64,000 nucleotides of DNA from Candidatus Latescibacterota bacterium. GTDB taxonomy: Bacteria; Latescibacterota; UBA2968; UBA8231. The stretch lies in the NCBI GenBank assembly GCA_965248265.1, contig CBDFJF010000002.1, positions 2,432,001 to 2,496,000 on the forward strand. The letters run 5' to 3'. The translations under genes and the position numbers were made by a program. Below are positions 52,727-62,049 of this stretch, in pieces (position 1 is the stretch's first letter; each line of letters starts with the position of its first letter). Under the pieces are notes generated by a model. That model worked only from the letters and a program-made list of their open reading frames with translations. It was not told the origin of the DNA and ran no database searches.

Positions 52727-54229
52727 ATGCCATCAGCCATGCGCATCGCTATTGGGAACATCGGTCACGAGTCGAGCAGTTTTACGCCTATCCCCACCAC
52801 CTACGAGCACTTCGTCGGGTCGAAGCGGGGTTTCTTTCGCGGTGAGGAGGTCATCGAGCGTCTGGAGGGTATGAACGTCGGCTGCGGCGGCTTCATTCGG
52901 GGGGCGCGCGAATACGGCTTCGACCTGGCTCCGCTGCTTTGGACCTTCTGCCAGCCGTCAAGCCCGCTGGAAGCGGACGGCTGGCGCCGTTTGAAGAAGG
53001 AGTTCCTCGATCGACTCCGCGAGGCAATGCCGGTGGACGGTGCTCTGTTCGATCTGCACGGGGCCATGGTGGTCGAAGATGTAGAGGATGCCGAGGGTGA
53101 CCTGTTGACAGGGGTGCGCGAGATTCTCGGCCCCGACCGTCCGGTCATCGTCACCCTGGACCTGCACGCCAACATCACGCAGCGCATGGTCGACATGACC
53201 CAGGTGCTGCTGCCCTGCGATCACAACCCGCACACAGACCTGGGCGAGCGTGGCTATGAGGCAGCCGGACTCATGGTGAGAACCCTGCGACAGGAGATTC
53301 GTCCGGTGATGGCCTGGCGGCAGCTGCCGATGTTCTGGGGTCGTGGGCAGATCTCGGGGCATCAACCTTTCGAAAGCGTCACCGAGCGGGCCCATTCCAT
53401 AGAGGCTCAACCCGGCATCCTCACCTGTTCGTACGCACCCGGTTTCCTGTGGGCGGACATCCACGACGCCGGTACATCAGTCGTGGTGGTGGCCGACGGT
53501 GACGAGCGGCTCGCGCGGCAACAGGTGAATGCCTTCGGCAACTGGATATACGCGCGTCGAGCTGAGTTTCAGGGTGATGCCGATGCATGGGAAGACGTGC
53601 TCGCGGAGAGCCGCGGGCGTGGCTCCTGGCCGGTCGTCATCGCCGATCAGCAGGACAACCCCGGGGGCGGATCGCCCGGGGATTCCACCGGAATCATCCG
53701 CGCCTTCATCGACGCCGGTCTCGAGGAGGCGCTGGTCGCCGTAATCTGGGATCCCGAGAGTGCGGCCTCCGCGCATGCGGCCGGAGTGGGAGCCGAGTTG
53801 ACGCTGGAGGTCGGCGGCAAGTCAGACCCGAAGCAGGGTCCACCTGTGTCCATGACGGCGACGGTGGAGCGACTCACCGACGGGGAGTACGTCAGCCGTG
53901 GTCCGATGTTCACGGGTGTGCGCCAGCAGATGGGAACCAGCGCCTTGCTGCGCACCGGCGGCGTTCGGATCATTGTCGTTTCCTTGCGCCATCAGGCGCT
54001 GGACGCCGAATGCCCCCGCAGCTTTGGCATCGATCCGACTCAGATGCAGTGGATCGGGGTGAAATCCTCCAATCACTTCCGCGCTTCCTATGAACTCTTC
54101 GCGGCGGCGATCTACCGGATGGCCTTCCCCTGCGTGCAACCCTACGATCCGAAACAACTGCCCTATCGCAACCTGCGCCGTCCGATCTGGCCTCTCGACG
54201 ACGAGGTGCCAGAACCGTTCGGGCATTGA
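52727..54229 (+). CDS. M81 (MlrC-like) metallopeptidase
   Basis: HESSSF, DLHGAM, TLDLHAN, PHTD, DNPGGG and VKSSNHFRA motifs. Confidence 0.92.
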   Translation: MPSAMRIAIGNIGHESSSFTPIPTTYEHFVGSKRGFFRGEEVIERLEGMNVGCGGFIRGAREYGFDLAPLLWTFCQPSSPLEADGWRRLKKEFLDRLREAMPVDGALFDLHGAMVVEDVEDAEGDLLTGVREILGPDRPVIVTLDLHANITQRMVDMTQVLLPCDHNPHTDLGERGYEAAGLMVRTLRQEIRPVMAWRQLPMFWGRGQISGHQPFESVTERAHSIEAQPGILTCSYAPGFLWADIHDAGTSVVVVADGDERLARQQVNAFGNWIYARRAEFQGDADAWEDVLAESRGRGSWPVVIADQQDNPGGGSPGDSTGIIRAFIDAGLEEALVAVIWDPESAASAHAAGVGAELTLEVGGKSDPKQGPPVSMTATVERLTDGEYVSRGPMFTGVRQQMGTSALLRTGGVRIIVVSLRHQALDAECPRSFGIDPTQMQWIGVKSSNHFRASYELFAAAIYRMAFPCVQPYDPKQLPYRNLRRPIWPLDDEVPEPFGH

Positions 54230-54238
54230 GGAGTTGCT

Positions 54239-55468
54239 ATCCAACCGGTTAAATTCGCTGTCGTAGGCATCGGAGGATGGGGACGTGCGCACCTCCAATC
54301 CGTCGCCGATGTCGAAGCGCAGGGGATCGGGACTCTGGATGCGGTGGTCGTGATCGATCCAGAGAACCATCCCGAGAAGCTGGCGGAGTTCGACCAGCGC
54401 GGTGTGCGGGTTTTTCCCGACCTGGACGGGCTGCTGGTTGCCGGCGGCGTGGACGTCATCACACTGCCGATCGGCATTCATCATCACGTGCCGTTGAGCA
54501 TCCAGTGTCTGGAAGCGGGCTATCCGGTAATCGTGGAGAAGCCGCTGGCCGGCGCGATTCAGGAAGCCGACCGGCTGATCGAGGTGAGCAAGCGGACCGG
54601 AAAGACCGTCATCGTCGGGTACCAGCACCTCTACAGCAACACCATTCAGGCGCTGAAGGAGACCTTCGTCGAACACCGGCTCGGGGCGATCCGGACTATC
54701 GGTGTCAAGGCGGGGTGGCCGAGACCGGATTTCTACTACGCGCGCAACGTCTGGGCCGGCACCCTTCAGCGAGAAGGGATCTGGGTATTGGACAGCCCGG
54801 CCAACAACGCGCTATCACACTACCTGATGAACGTCCTCTATCTGTGCGGAGCGACACGCGACGGCGCCTGCGGGATCGAGACGGTGCAAGCGGAGTGTTA
54901 TCGGGCGCGTGAGATCGAAAGCCTGGATACGATCAGTTTTCGCGTGCAAACCGACGTCGGCGCCCTCGCCACGATAGCGATGTCCCACGTAACGCGGGAT
55001 AACTTCGGGCCGCTGATGGTGATCACCTGCGACAAAGGAACCGTTAACTGGTGGGACGGTGGCGCCACGATCGATCATGCGGACGGTTCGCAGGAACGGC
55101 TCGATGACGGAAGCGATCCTCTGCGGTCACTGTCGTTCGCCAATATGGCCAGCGTGATCCGTGACGGAGCCGCCCCTCTGTCGACCCCGGAGATCGCGCG
55201 GGTGCAGACGCTGTGTATCAACGGCGCCCACGAGAGCTGTCCCGAGATCCACGACATACCGGCTGCCGCGTACGAGGAGGTCGATACGGGCCGAGGCACT
55301 TTCCGCATCGTCGACGGCCTTGAAGAGTTGGTCCATCGCAGCGCCGATGAGGGAAAGCTATTCTCGGAGCTGGGCGTGTCCTGGGCGAAGCGAAACGACG
55401 CCTTCGACGTGACGGGATACAACCACTACCCGAGCACGGACAAGGTGGGTGATACAAAGGAACCCTAG
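54239..55468 (+). CDS. Gfo/Idh/MocA family oxidoreductase (apparent ATC start)
   Basis: In-frame N-terminus IQPVKFAVVGIGGWG upstream of the ORF-track start; VEKP motif; GAGGAG 5 nt before ATC. Confidence 0.85.
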   Translation: MQPVKFAVVGIGGWGRAHLQSVADVEAQGIGTLDAVVVIDPENHPEKLAEFDQRGVRVFPDLDGLLVAGGVDVITLPIGIHHHVPLSIQCLEAGYPVIVEKPLAGAIQEADRLIEVSKRTGKTVIVGYQHLYSNTIQALKETFVEHRLGAIRTIGVKAGWPRPDFYYARNVWAGTLQREGIWVLDSPANNALSHYLMNVLYLCGATRDGACGIETVQAECYRAREIESLDTISFRVQTDVGALATIAMSHVTRDNFGPLMVITCDKGTVNWWDGGATIDHADGSQERLDDGSDPLRSLSFANMASVIRDGAAPLSTPEIARVQTLCINGAHESCPEIHDIPAAAYEEVDTGRGTFRIVDGLEELVHRSADEGKLFSELGVSWAKRNDAFDVTGYNHYPSTDKVGDTKEP

Positions 55469-56637
55469 CCAGCTAGCCCGAGGCGACCCAGCATTGCGTC
55501 CATATTACGCCGCGAAGCGGAGGGGCTGAACAGATCCTCCCATTGTTTGCGGGCCGTCTCGCGCAACTCAGCGTGAAGCACGGCATCACCCAGAATGTGG
55601 CGCACGGCGGAAGCCAACGCCTCGATATCGCCGACCGGGACGACGATACCCGCGGGACCCACCGAATCGGCATTGCCGCCACGGTCAGTGGCAACCACGG
55701 GAACACGTGAGCCCAAGGCTTCACTGATGACGAGCGGCCCGCCCTCGAAACGCCGAGTCGGCATCAAGAACACGTCCGCTACGGCATACTGAAGCTGAAA
55801 TTGAGCGTAAGGGATATGGCCTAGCCATGTGACGTGACTCTCAAGGCCCAGGCGCGATGCCAGATTTTCGAGTGTCGACCGGTAGGGTCCGTCACCGACC
55901 AGGGTGACGTGGAACTGTATTCCTTCCCGGGCCAGCCGGCCGAGGGCCCTGAGCCCGTCCTGTATCCCTTTTTGCTTCACCAGAACCGCAGCCATCATCA
56001 CGTTGGGAACATTCGGTAGCGGGCGCGCCTGGACCTCCGGGATATCCACGGCGTTGCGGAACACCATGAGCTTCTCGGGATCGGCCCCGTGCCAGCGCCT
56101 CCAGAGGTCAAGCAAACGCGGGATGGCGCCGACGCAAAGATCGGCGGTGTTGACGATGCGCCGCTCCAGCCAACTGCGCCAGATCGCTTCCGGGAACTTG
56201 ATGGCCGGGAGCTTCAACCAATCGACGAACCCGGTCGCGTCCTGGCATTGATTCAGGAGGTTCTCCAGCTCAAAGCCATGGTTCCAGTATACCAGCGGTG
56301 GGCGTCCCTCTCTGGGAAGGTCGACCAACCCGATGGCGGCCATGCTCTCGGAAAGGACCAGATCGAAGGGCTCCTCACGATGGCGGCCATGGAAGACCCG
56401 GGCGGAGACCTTTGCGAAGCCGCGAGAAAGGATCCAGGGCTTGGCGCCCTCGACGAAGTGGACTGGACACTCCGGTTCCCAATGCTCTCCCCTATCTGGC
56501 AACAGCGGAGTCGTGAAGACTTCACACTTCCAGCCCTCAGCATGGAACAGTCGAATAAGCTGATCGAGATGGGTCTGCATCCCGCCCGGGCCATGGGCCA
56601 GGGTGCGGACACAAAAGAATGCTACCCGGCGTCCCAA
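55465..56637 (-). CDS. GT4 family glycosyltransferase
   Basis: GGMQTH, KQKG, VGDGPYR and EGGPLVISEALG...PVVATDRGG motifs; start approximate. Confidence 0.9.
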   Translation of the reverse strand: MGRRVAFFCVRTLAHGPGGMQTHLDQLIRLFHAEGWKCEVFTTPLLPDRGEHWEPECPVHFVEGAKPWILSRGFAKVSARVFHGRHREEPFDLVLSESMAAIGLVDLPREGRPPLVYWNHGFELENLLNQCQDATGFVDWLKLPAIKFPEAIWRSWLERRIVNTADLCVGAIPRLLDLWRRWHGADPEKLMVFRNAVDIPEVQARPLPNVPNVMMAAVLVKQKGIQDGLRALGRLAREGIQFHVTLVGDGPYRSTLENLASRLGLESHVTWLGHIPYAQFQLQYAVADVFLMPTRRFEGGPLVISEALGSRVPVVATDRGGNADSVGPAGIVVPVGDIEALASAVRHILGDAVLHAELRETARKQWEDLFSPSASRRNMDAMLGRLGLAG

Positions 56638-57629
56638 TACATCTTTCCATGTTCGCGGTAGTATTCGACCGTGCGCGCGATACCCTCGTCGATGGACACC
56701 TGAGGTTTCCAATCCAACCGGTCCTTGATCCGCGCGATATCCGAAATATAGTCGCCGGTCTCAACGAAATAGCGGTCTTTGGGCCACTCCACGAAGTCAA
56801 TACCGGTGCCGGCCGCGTCGGCGATCTTGGTGGCCATGTCCTTGAACGCCAATCCGGTCCCTGTGCCGAGGTTGAAGATATCGAACTCGATGTCCGACAC
56901 CGCCCCCAGCAACATGGCATCCGTGAGATCGTCGACGAATATGTAATCGCGCTGCTGCGTCCCCTCACCAAACACGGTCAACCGTTTCCCTTCGAGTGCC
57001 AGGCGGATGAACCAGTTGAGGATGCCGTACTTGCTGTGTTTCATCTGTTGGCGGGGGCCATACGGGTTGGCGATGCGGAAGATGATGGAGGAGATGTCGT
57101 GGTTCCGGTGGTAGAATTGATAGAACTTCTCGCCATTGAGTTTGTTGACGCCGTAGATGCTCAGGCAATTGAAGGGATGACGCTCGTCGACGGGATTGTA
57201 CTCGATGTCGCCGTAGACGAAACGCGAACTCGAGAAGATGAGTTTGGCGCTGGACGCATGTTCCCGGCAGGCCTCGAGCACCGTCAGGTGCCCCTTGGCG
57301 TTGATGTCGAGGTCGTTGAACGGGTCGAGATTGCTGTCGACGTAGCTGACCTGGGCCGCGAGGTTGAAGATGATGTCCTTGCCGTGCACGACCTGTTCGA
57401 CCATGGCACGGTTGCGGATATCGCCGTACACCATCTCGGTCTCATCGGCGTATTCGGCAAAATTGAACAGGTTCCCACCGTACAGCGGTGCCATGTTGTC
57501 GAGTACCGTGACCTCGGCCCCGGCGGCGCAGGCCTTGCGCACGATGGTCGAACCGATCATCCCGGCACCCCCGGTGACCAGGACTTTCTTTCCCGCGAGG
57601 CTCTTGAGACGATCCACGATGGCAGCCAT
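56622..57629 (-). CDS. NAD-dependent nucleotide-sugar epimerase/dehydratase
   Basis: VTGGAGMIGS, YGVNK (YxxxK), NPYGPRQ and RDYIFVDD motifs. Confidence 0.93.
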   Translation of the reverse strand: MAAIVDRLKSLAGKKVLVTGGAGMIGSTIVRKACAAGAEVTVLDNMAPLYGGNLFNFAEYADETEMVYGDIRNRAMVEQVVHGKDIIFNLAAQVSYVDSNLDPFNDLDINAKGHLTVLEACREHASSAKLIFSSSRFVYGDIEYNPVDERHPFNCLSIYGVNKLNGEKFYQFYHRNHDISSIIFRIANPYGPRQQMKHSKYGILNWFIRLALEGKRLTVFGEGTQQRDYIFVDDLTDAMLLGAVSDIEFDIFNLGTGTGLAFKDMATKIADAAGTGIDFVEWPKDRYFVETGDYISDIARIKDRLDWKPQVSIDEGIARTVEYYREHGKMYWDAG

Positions 57630-57702
57630 GGTTCGAAATCTACGAAGACGACTCCGGCGCAGTCCAACAGGCCTCGGTGTGTCGCGTCAGCGCTTGGATG
57701 AT

Positions 57703-58773
57703 TCAGAAACCGACGCGAAAGGTGAAGGTGCTGAGCGGGTCGAAGAAGTCGACGGTGGTGTAGGCGTAGTCAACCTCCACGTCCTCCAACCCTCCCAGAT
57801 CTAACTTCAGTCCAAAGCCGAAGCTGGTGCCGAAAATGTGGGTGTTGCTGGCCCCGTCGTCGGCGTAGTCAATGCCGCCGCGGGTGGCGAAGAAATCCCG
57901 GTAGACGTATTCACTGCCGAACTTCCATTGATCGGGGGCGAAATTGTGGTGCTGGAACACGCCGAAATACCTGGCCTTGCCCACTGCGGCGGGACTGTGG
58001 GCGTAGCCCAGGCCGATCTCAAATGTTGAGGGCGGGTCGGCGGAACTGGTTTCGATTCCGTAAACGGATGAGGGGCGGCGCAGGCCATCGAGGCTGCCGG
58101 GACGCAGCAAGGCGGAACCATCGTAACGCAGCCGCGAGCCGATGTGTTTGATGGCCACTCCCAGGTCGAGGCCGCCGATGTCGCCTAAGTCCTCGTATTG
58201 CAGGCCGGCGTTGAAGGAGACGCCGGCAGCGGAGACGCGTTCGATGCGGTTGGAGATATAGTGGAGAGTGCCACCCAGGACGATGCGGTCTGACAAGGAG
58301 CGGGCCCAGGTCAGGCCAGTGGTCAGGAAGGTCGGCGAATACGTGGCCCCGGTGCCGTCGGGCTGACTCGAAGTGGTGATCGGAATGTCCCCGAAGTCGA
58401 GTGCTTTGAGACTGAGCGCCAGCGAACCCAGGCGCTCGAAGTGGCTGCTGACGGCCACGTAGTTGACCCGGATGCCGGCCAGGTAGGACATGGTTGAGAA
58501 CAACAGCTGAGCCTCGGAACGCCCCCGAGCCAGGCCGGCGGGATTCCAGTGGAGGGCGCCGATGCCTGCGCTTGAGGCGATGGCGGCTCCGCTCATTGCC
58601 ATGTCGCGGGCGCCCACTGGAATCAGCAGTTCGGGTGCGGCTGCCGTACCGGCGCGTTCCTGACCTCCAGCTACAAGGTGGTCCGTGTAGATGAGGCTTA
58701 CCATCAGCATGGTGATCAGCAAGGGCACGGGTCTGAGCCGGTGCTCCACGAGGTATTTCTTCAGGGCGCTCAT
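57703..58773 (-). CDS. PorV/PorQ family outer-membrane beta-barrel
   Basis: GTAAAPELLIPVGARDMAM and HWNPAGLA motifs, amphipathic strands, C-terminal Phe. Confidence 0.9.
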   Translation of the reverse strand: MSALKKYLVEHRLRPVPLLITMLMVSLIYTDHLVAGGQERAGTAAAPELLIPVGARDMAMSGAAIASSAGIGALHWNPAGLARGRSEAQLLFSTMSYLAGIRVNYVAVSSHFERLGSLALSLKALDFGDIPITTSSQPDGTGATYSPTFLTTGLTWARSLSDRIVLGGTLHYISNRIERVSAAGVSFNAGLQYEDLGDIGGLDLGVAIKHIGSRLRYDGSALLRPGSLDGLRRPSSVYGIETSSADPPSTFEIGLGYAHSPAAVGKARYFGVFQHHNFAPDQWKFGSEYVYRDFFATRGGIDYADDGASNTHIFGTSFGFGLKLDLGGLEDVEVDYAYTTVDFFDPLSTFTFRVGF

Positions 58774-58776
58774 GGC

Positions 58777-61700
58777 TCAGAAATTTTCCAGGAACTGCTG
58801 TTCCTGGATGACGGCCAGTTTCAGAATCTGGGCGACGCCGATTTCCGGCATCTCGATATGGGCGATGTAGAAGCCGCTGGCGACCGGCAAGGCGTTGTCG
58901 TTGTTGAGATCCCACTGGAAGAATGGGTCGGGGTCATCCTTATGCAGGATGCGCACGAGGTTGCCCGACAGATCGAAGAGGCGGATGACCGCCCTGGACG
59001 GCAGGTGATTGAAGGTGACGAAGCGTTTGTGGCGGCTGGTTTCAGCCTCGTTGACGCCGTAGTAGGGATTGGGGAAGACGTTGACCTTGCTGACGTCCTG
59101 GCGGGCGCGTTCGGCAGAGAAGGTCGCGGCGGCGGTGGTGTATTGGAACTCATCCTCGCCCGGTACAATCGAACTGGCATACCTCAGGCGCACGACGTCT
59201 CCTGTTGACCAGATCGATTCTCTGCCCTGCCTGAAAAAGAGTAGCCACGTGGTACTCGAATCAGTCAGGGAGTGGATACGTTCAGGATCGTAATCGGTGG
59301 CGATAACGGTGATGTAGTCTCGCCCATTCATGTTATAGGTCTGGTGATAGGCTTCCCTGCCTTCGTCACGCGAGCCGTCAGCCCCGCGGTCGTATATGGC
59401 GCTGTTGAGTTGCCGCGGGTGTGCCGAATCCTCCACGTCCCAGATCTCGAAGGGAACTCGCTGCAGAAAGGGGCCGCTTGCTGGGCTGCTGGGTGGGCGC
59501 AACGGATGGGCGTCGAGGCTACGCTCGGCCGAACCGGGATCGACACCGGCGAGAGACGCAAAAGAACCACCGGCGATGATGTGGGTCGCATCCTCATCCC
59601 ACACCCCGGTGAAGCGAATCTCCAGATCGCGTCCCAGCAGCAGGGGATCGTCAGTGCCGCCGTCCTCCCAGAAGGAGGCGGCGCGGCCGTCTGCCAGGTC
59701 GAAGACGGTGGCATCGCCCCAGAAATCGAGATCACCGTCGGCCGGGTCTGCGTCGACGACGACGGTGACGCTGTCAAAGGTGGCAGGAGCCGTGAAGACA
59801 GGATCGCCCACCTTGAGCTGGACGCCGTCGACGGCCAGATAACGTTCGTCCAGGGAGACATTGCCCTGGTCTTCAAGCACTCGCACTCCGTCGCGCGCCA
59901 GATTCCAGGAACCGTCGTCGTTGAAGGTGATGGTGTAAGTCGCCTCGATAAGCTGGTCGGGATCGACGACGATGGGCTGCACTACAACGTCACCAAAACC
60001 ACGGGTATGGATGACCGGCAAGTGGGCGTCGAAGTCCGCGGCGCGCTCGAACCCCGGCGGCGGGCCCTGCGGGACAATCATGATGGACTGAGGTGCCGAT
60101 TCAAGTGAAGTGATCAGCGCTTCCGGATCGGAGTTGTGGCTGTAGGCGGTGACGCCGAAGTAATAGGGCTGGCCATTGTACAAAGGCGTGTTGCGCATGG
60201 CGTCGCGGGTGATGCGAGCGATCCAGCGCAGGCCCGAGTCGCGGCCAATCTGCAACGGTGCGTTCACGGTCACGCCCGAGGCTTCATCCAGCTGGGGACC
60301 CAGGATGGTCGTGACCTCATCGACGACGTCGTAGGTGGCCAGTTTGGTTGCCTGGGCGAGATCGGCGCTGGTGCTCGGGAACTGGTAGACGTTGTAGCCC
60401 TGGAAGCCAAACGGCGGCGTTACCCCTTCCTCGGTGGCGAAAACGGCATCGGGGTCGTGGCCCCAGTCAAGGATGATGGTCTGGTCTTCGGTCCCCACAC
60501 GCACATTGGGCGGTGCGGGCGGAGCAGTCACGTCGAATCCGCGATCGTAGGCGTCCTGGACGAAGCGGTCGTTGTACTTGAGCCGGCTAATGCTGCGCAG
60601 GCGGTCGGCGCCCAGGGCTCCGAGCAGAGCGACCACCACTTCCTGGGTGTCCCCCAGCGCCATGGCGACCGGGCCGGCGCTCAGGACGATGCGCCGGTCG
60701 CCGGGTGGCAGGGGAATGCCATCGGTCCAGCCACTGTCGAGCAGCGGGTCTCCGTCGAGGGTGAACGCGGTGTCCTCACCCGTGAGGGGATTGGTGTAGG
60801 GCACTGGGTTGTCGACGTCGGGTTGCGGCTGAAAGCCGCGCAATAGATTGTACCATTCTTCCGTTCCGACATAGGAGCCCACCTCGGGGTCGTCGATGGC
60901 ACTGCCGGAGGCGAAGTAGACGAAAGAGGACATCGGCAGATTGCGGTAACCGGGGCGCGGGCGGAAGCCGAAGAGGGCCTCTCCGGCAGGGTCCGGCACG
61001 ATGGGTCCCTGGAGGAAGTCGTAACCCACGGCTGGCGGCGGCAGCTCAAAGGCCTGGTAGCGGGGATCCTCCTCTTCGGCGTTGTAGCCGTAGGCCAGGC
61101 TCAGCGAGGTGTCGACGCCGGCGAAGTCATTGCTGAAGCTGCCGATATCGGTGTCTGCCCATTGGGCGAAGTAGAGGTCATCGATGCGCGCATCGTCCGG
61201 TGTATCGGATGTACCCTTGTAGACAATGGTGAATTTTTTGAAGAGAGTATCGCCCAGGGGACCGGTGCGGGCGTAAGCCCACAGCGTCACCTGCACCTCC
61301 ATGCCGATGGGGCGAGAGCCGTAGAGCGAAGTGGTGGCGCCCTCGTCCAGGTCGTTGATGGCGAAGAAGGCTACCTGGTCGGCACGGCTGGCGCACAGCT
61401 CGGGTGTCAGCAGACAATCGGCGGAGCGGAAAGAGGGTTCGTCGATTTGCGGGTCGTAGAGGCCATCCCCATCGCGATCGTAGTAAGGGGCGCCCCACTC
61501 CCACGGCCACTCCAGCCAATCTCTCTCGTACTGGTCGCGAACCCTTTCGACGTCAGCCTCCGAGACATCGTCCTGTCCCAGCAATTCGGCGGCGTCCAGG
61601 CGTAGATCGGCGCGACGGTAATCGTGCCGGATTCGGTAGATACGGTTGAGCGGGTCGTCGGGATCCTGAGCCATGCCACGGGAGAGGATGCGCCCGGGTA

Positions 61701-62049
61701 CCGTACCGATGCGGTGGGTCTGGCCGCCGACACGCACCTGCTGGGGATTTCCGTCAAAGACGCGTCCGCCCCAGATCAGACCGTCCTGAAAGACAATCTG
61801 CGACGTCGAGCGCGGAAAGGTGGTACCGGGGTTGTCCGTCAACGGGTTGTGAGCCGAGAAGCCGTCACGGGCGAACCACATGGAGATATTGTTGATGTTG
61901 ATCAGGGCGCGCCGGCCCAATCCCAGGTCCTGCTGGGTACTCTTGGCGGCGCTGCCGAGAGCGGCCTGTGAACGACCGTCCGCCGCAGAAGTGCTGAGGG
62001 TGAGCGTCAGGACGATGGTCGTCAAGCATGGCAGAAGTCCGCTCCTCAT
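58777..62049 (-). CDS. Large secreted protein with T9SS type A-like C-terminal sorting domain
   Basis: Signal peptide; ININNISMW, PPGDRR and FQGYNVYQ motifs; C-terminal VNVFPNPYY...WDL...VASGFYI...KLAVI. Confidence 0.88.
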   Translation of the reverse strand: MRSGLLPCLTTIVLTLTLSTSAADGRSQAALGSAAKSTQQDLGLGRRALININNISMWFARDGFSAHNPLTDNPGTTFPRSTSQIVFQDGLIWGGRVFDGNPQQVRVGGQTHRIGTVPGRILSRGMAQDPDDPLNRIYRIRHDYRRADLRLDAAELLGQDDVSEADVERVRDQYERDWLEWPWEWGAPYYDRDGDGLYDPQIDEPSFRSADCLLTPELCASRADQVAFFAINDLDEGATTSLYGSRPIGMEVQVTLWAYARTGPLGDTLFKKFTIVYKGTSDTPDDARIDDLYFAQWADTDIGSFSNDFAGVDTSLSLAYGYNAEEEDPRYQAFELPPPAVGYDFLQGPIVPDPAGEALFGFRPRPGYRNLPMSSFVYFASGSAIDDPEVGSYVGTEEWYNLLRGFQPQPDVDNPVPYTNPLTGEDTAFTLDGDPLLDSGWTDGIPLPPGDRRIVLSAGPVAMALGDTQEVVVALLGALGADRLRSISRLKYNDRFVQDAYDRGFDVTAPPAPPNVRVGTEDQTIILDWGHDPDAVFATEEGVTPPFGFQGYNVYQFPSTSADLAQATKLATYDVVDEVTTILGPQLDEASGVTVNAPLQIGRDSGLRWIARITRDAMRNTPLYNGQPYYFGVTAYSHNSDPEALITSLESAPQSIMIVPQGPPPGFERAADFDAHLPVIHTRGFGDVVVQPIVVDPDQLIEATYTITFNDDGSWNLARDGVRVLEDQGNVSLDERYLAVDGVQLKVGDPVFTAPATFDSVTVVVDADPADGDLDFWGDATVFDLADGRAASFWEDGGTDDPLLLGRDLEIRFTGVWDEDATHIIAGGSFASLAGVDPGSAERSLDAHPLRPPSSPASGPFLQRVPFEIWDVEDSAHPRQLNSAIYDRGADGSRDEGREAYHQTYNMNGRDYITVIATDYDPERIHSLTDSSTTWLLFFRQGRESIWSTGDVVRLRYASSIVPGEDEFQYTTAAATFSAERARQDVSKVNVFPNPYYGVNEAETSRHKRFVTFNHLPSRAVIRLFDLSGNLVRILHKDDPDPFFQWDLNNDNALPVASGFYIAHIEMPEIGVAQILKLAVIQEQQFLENF

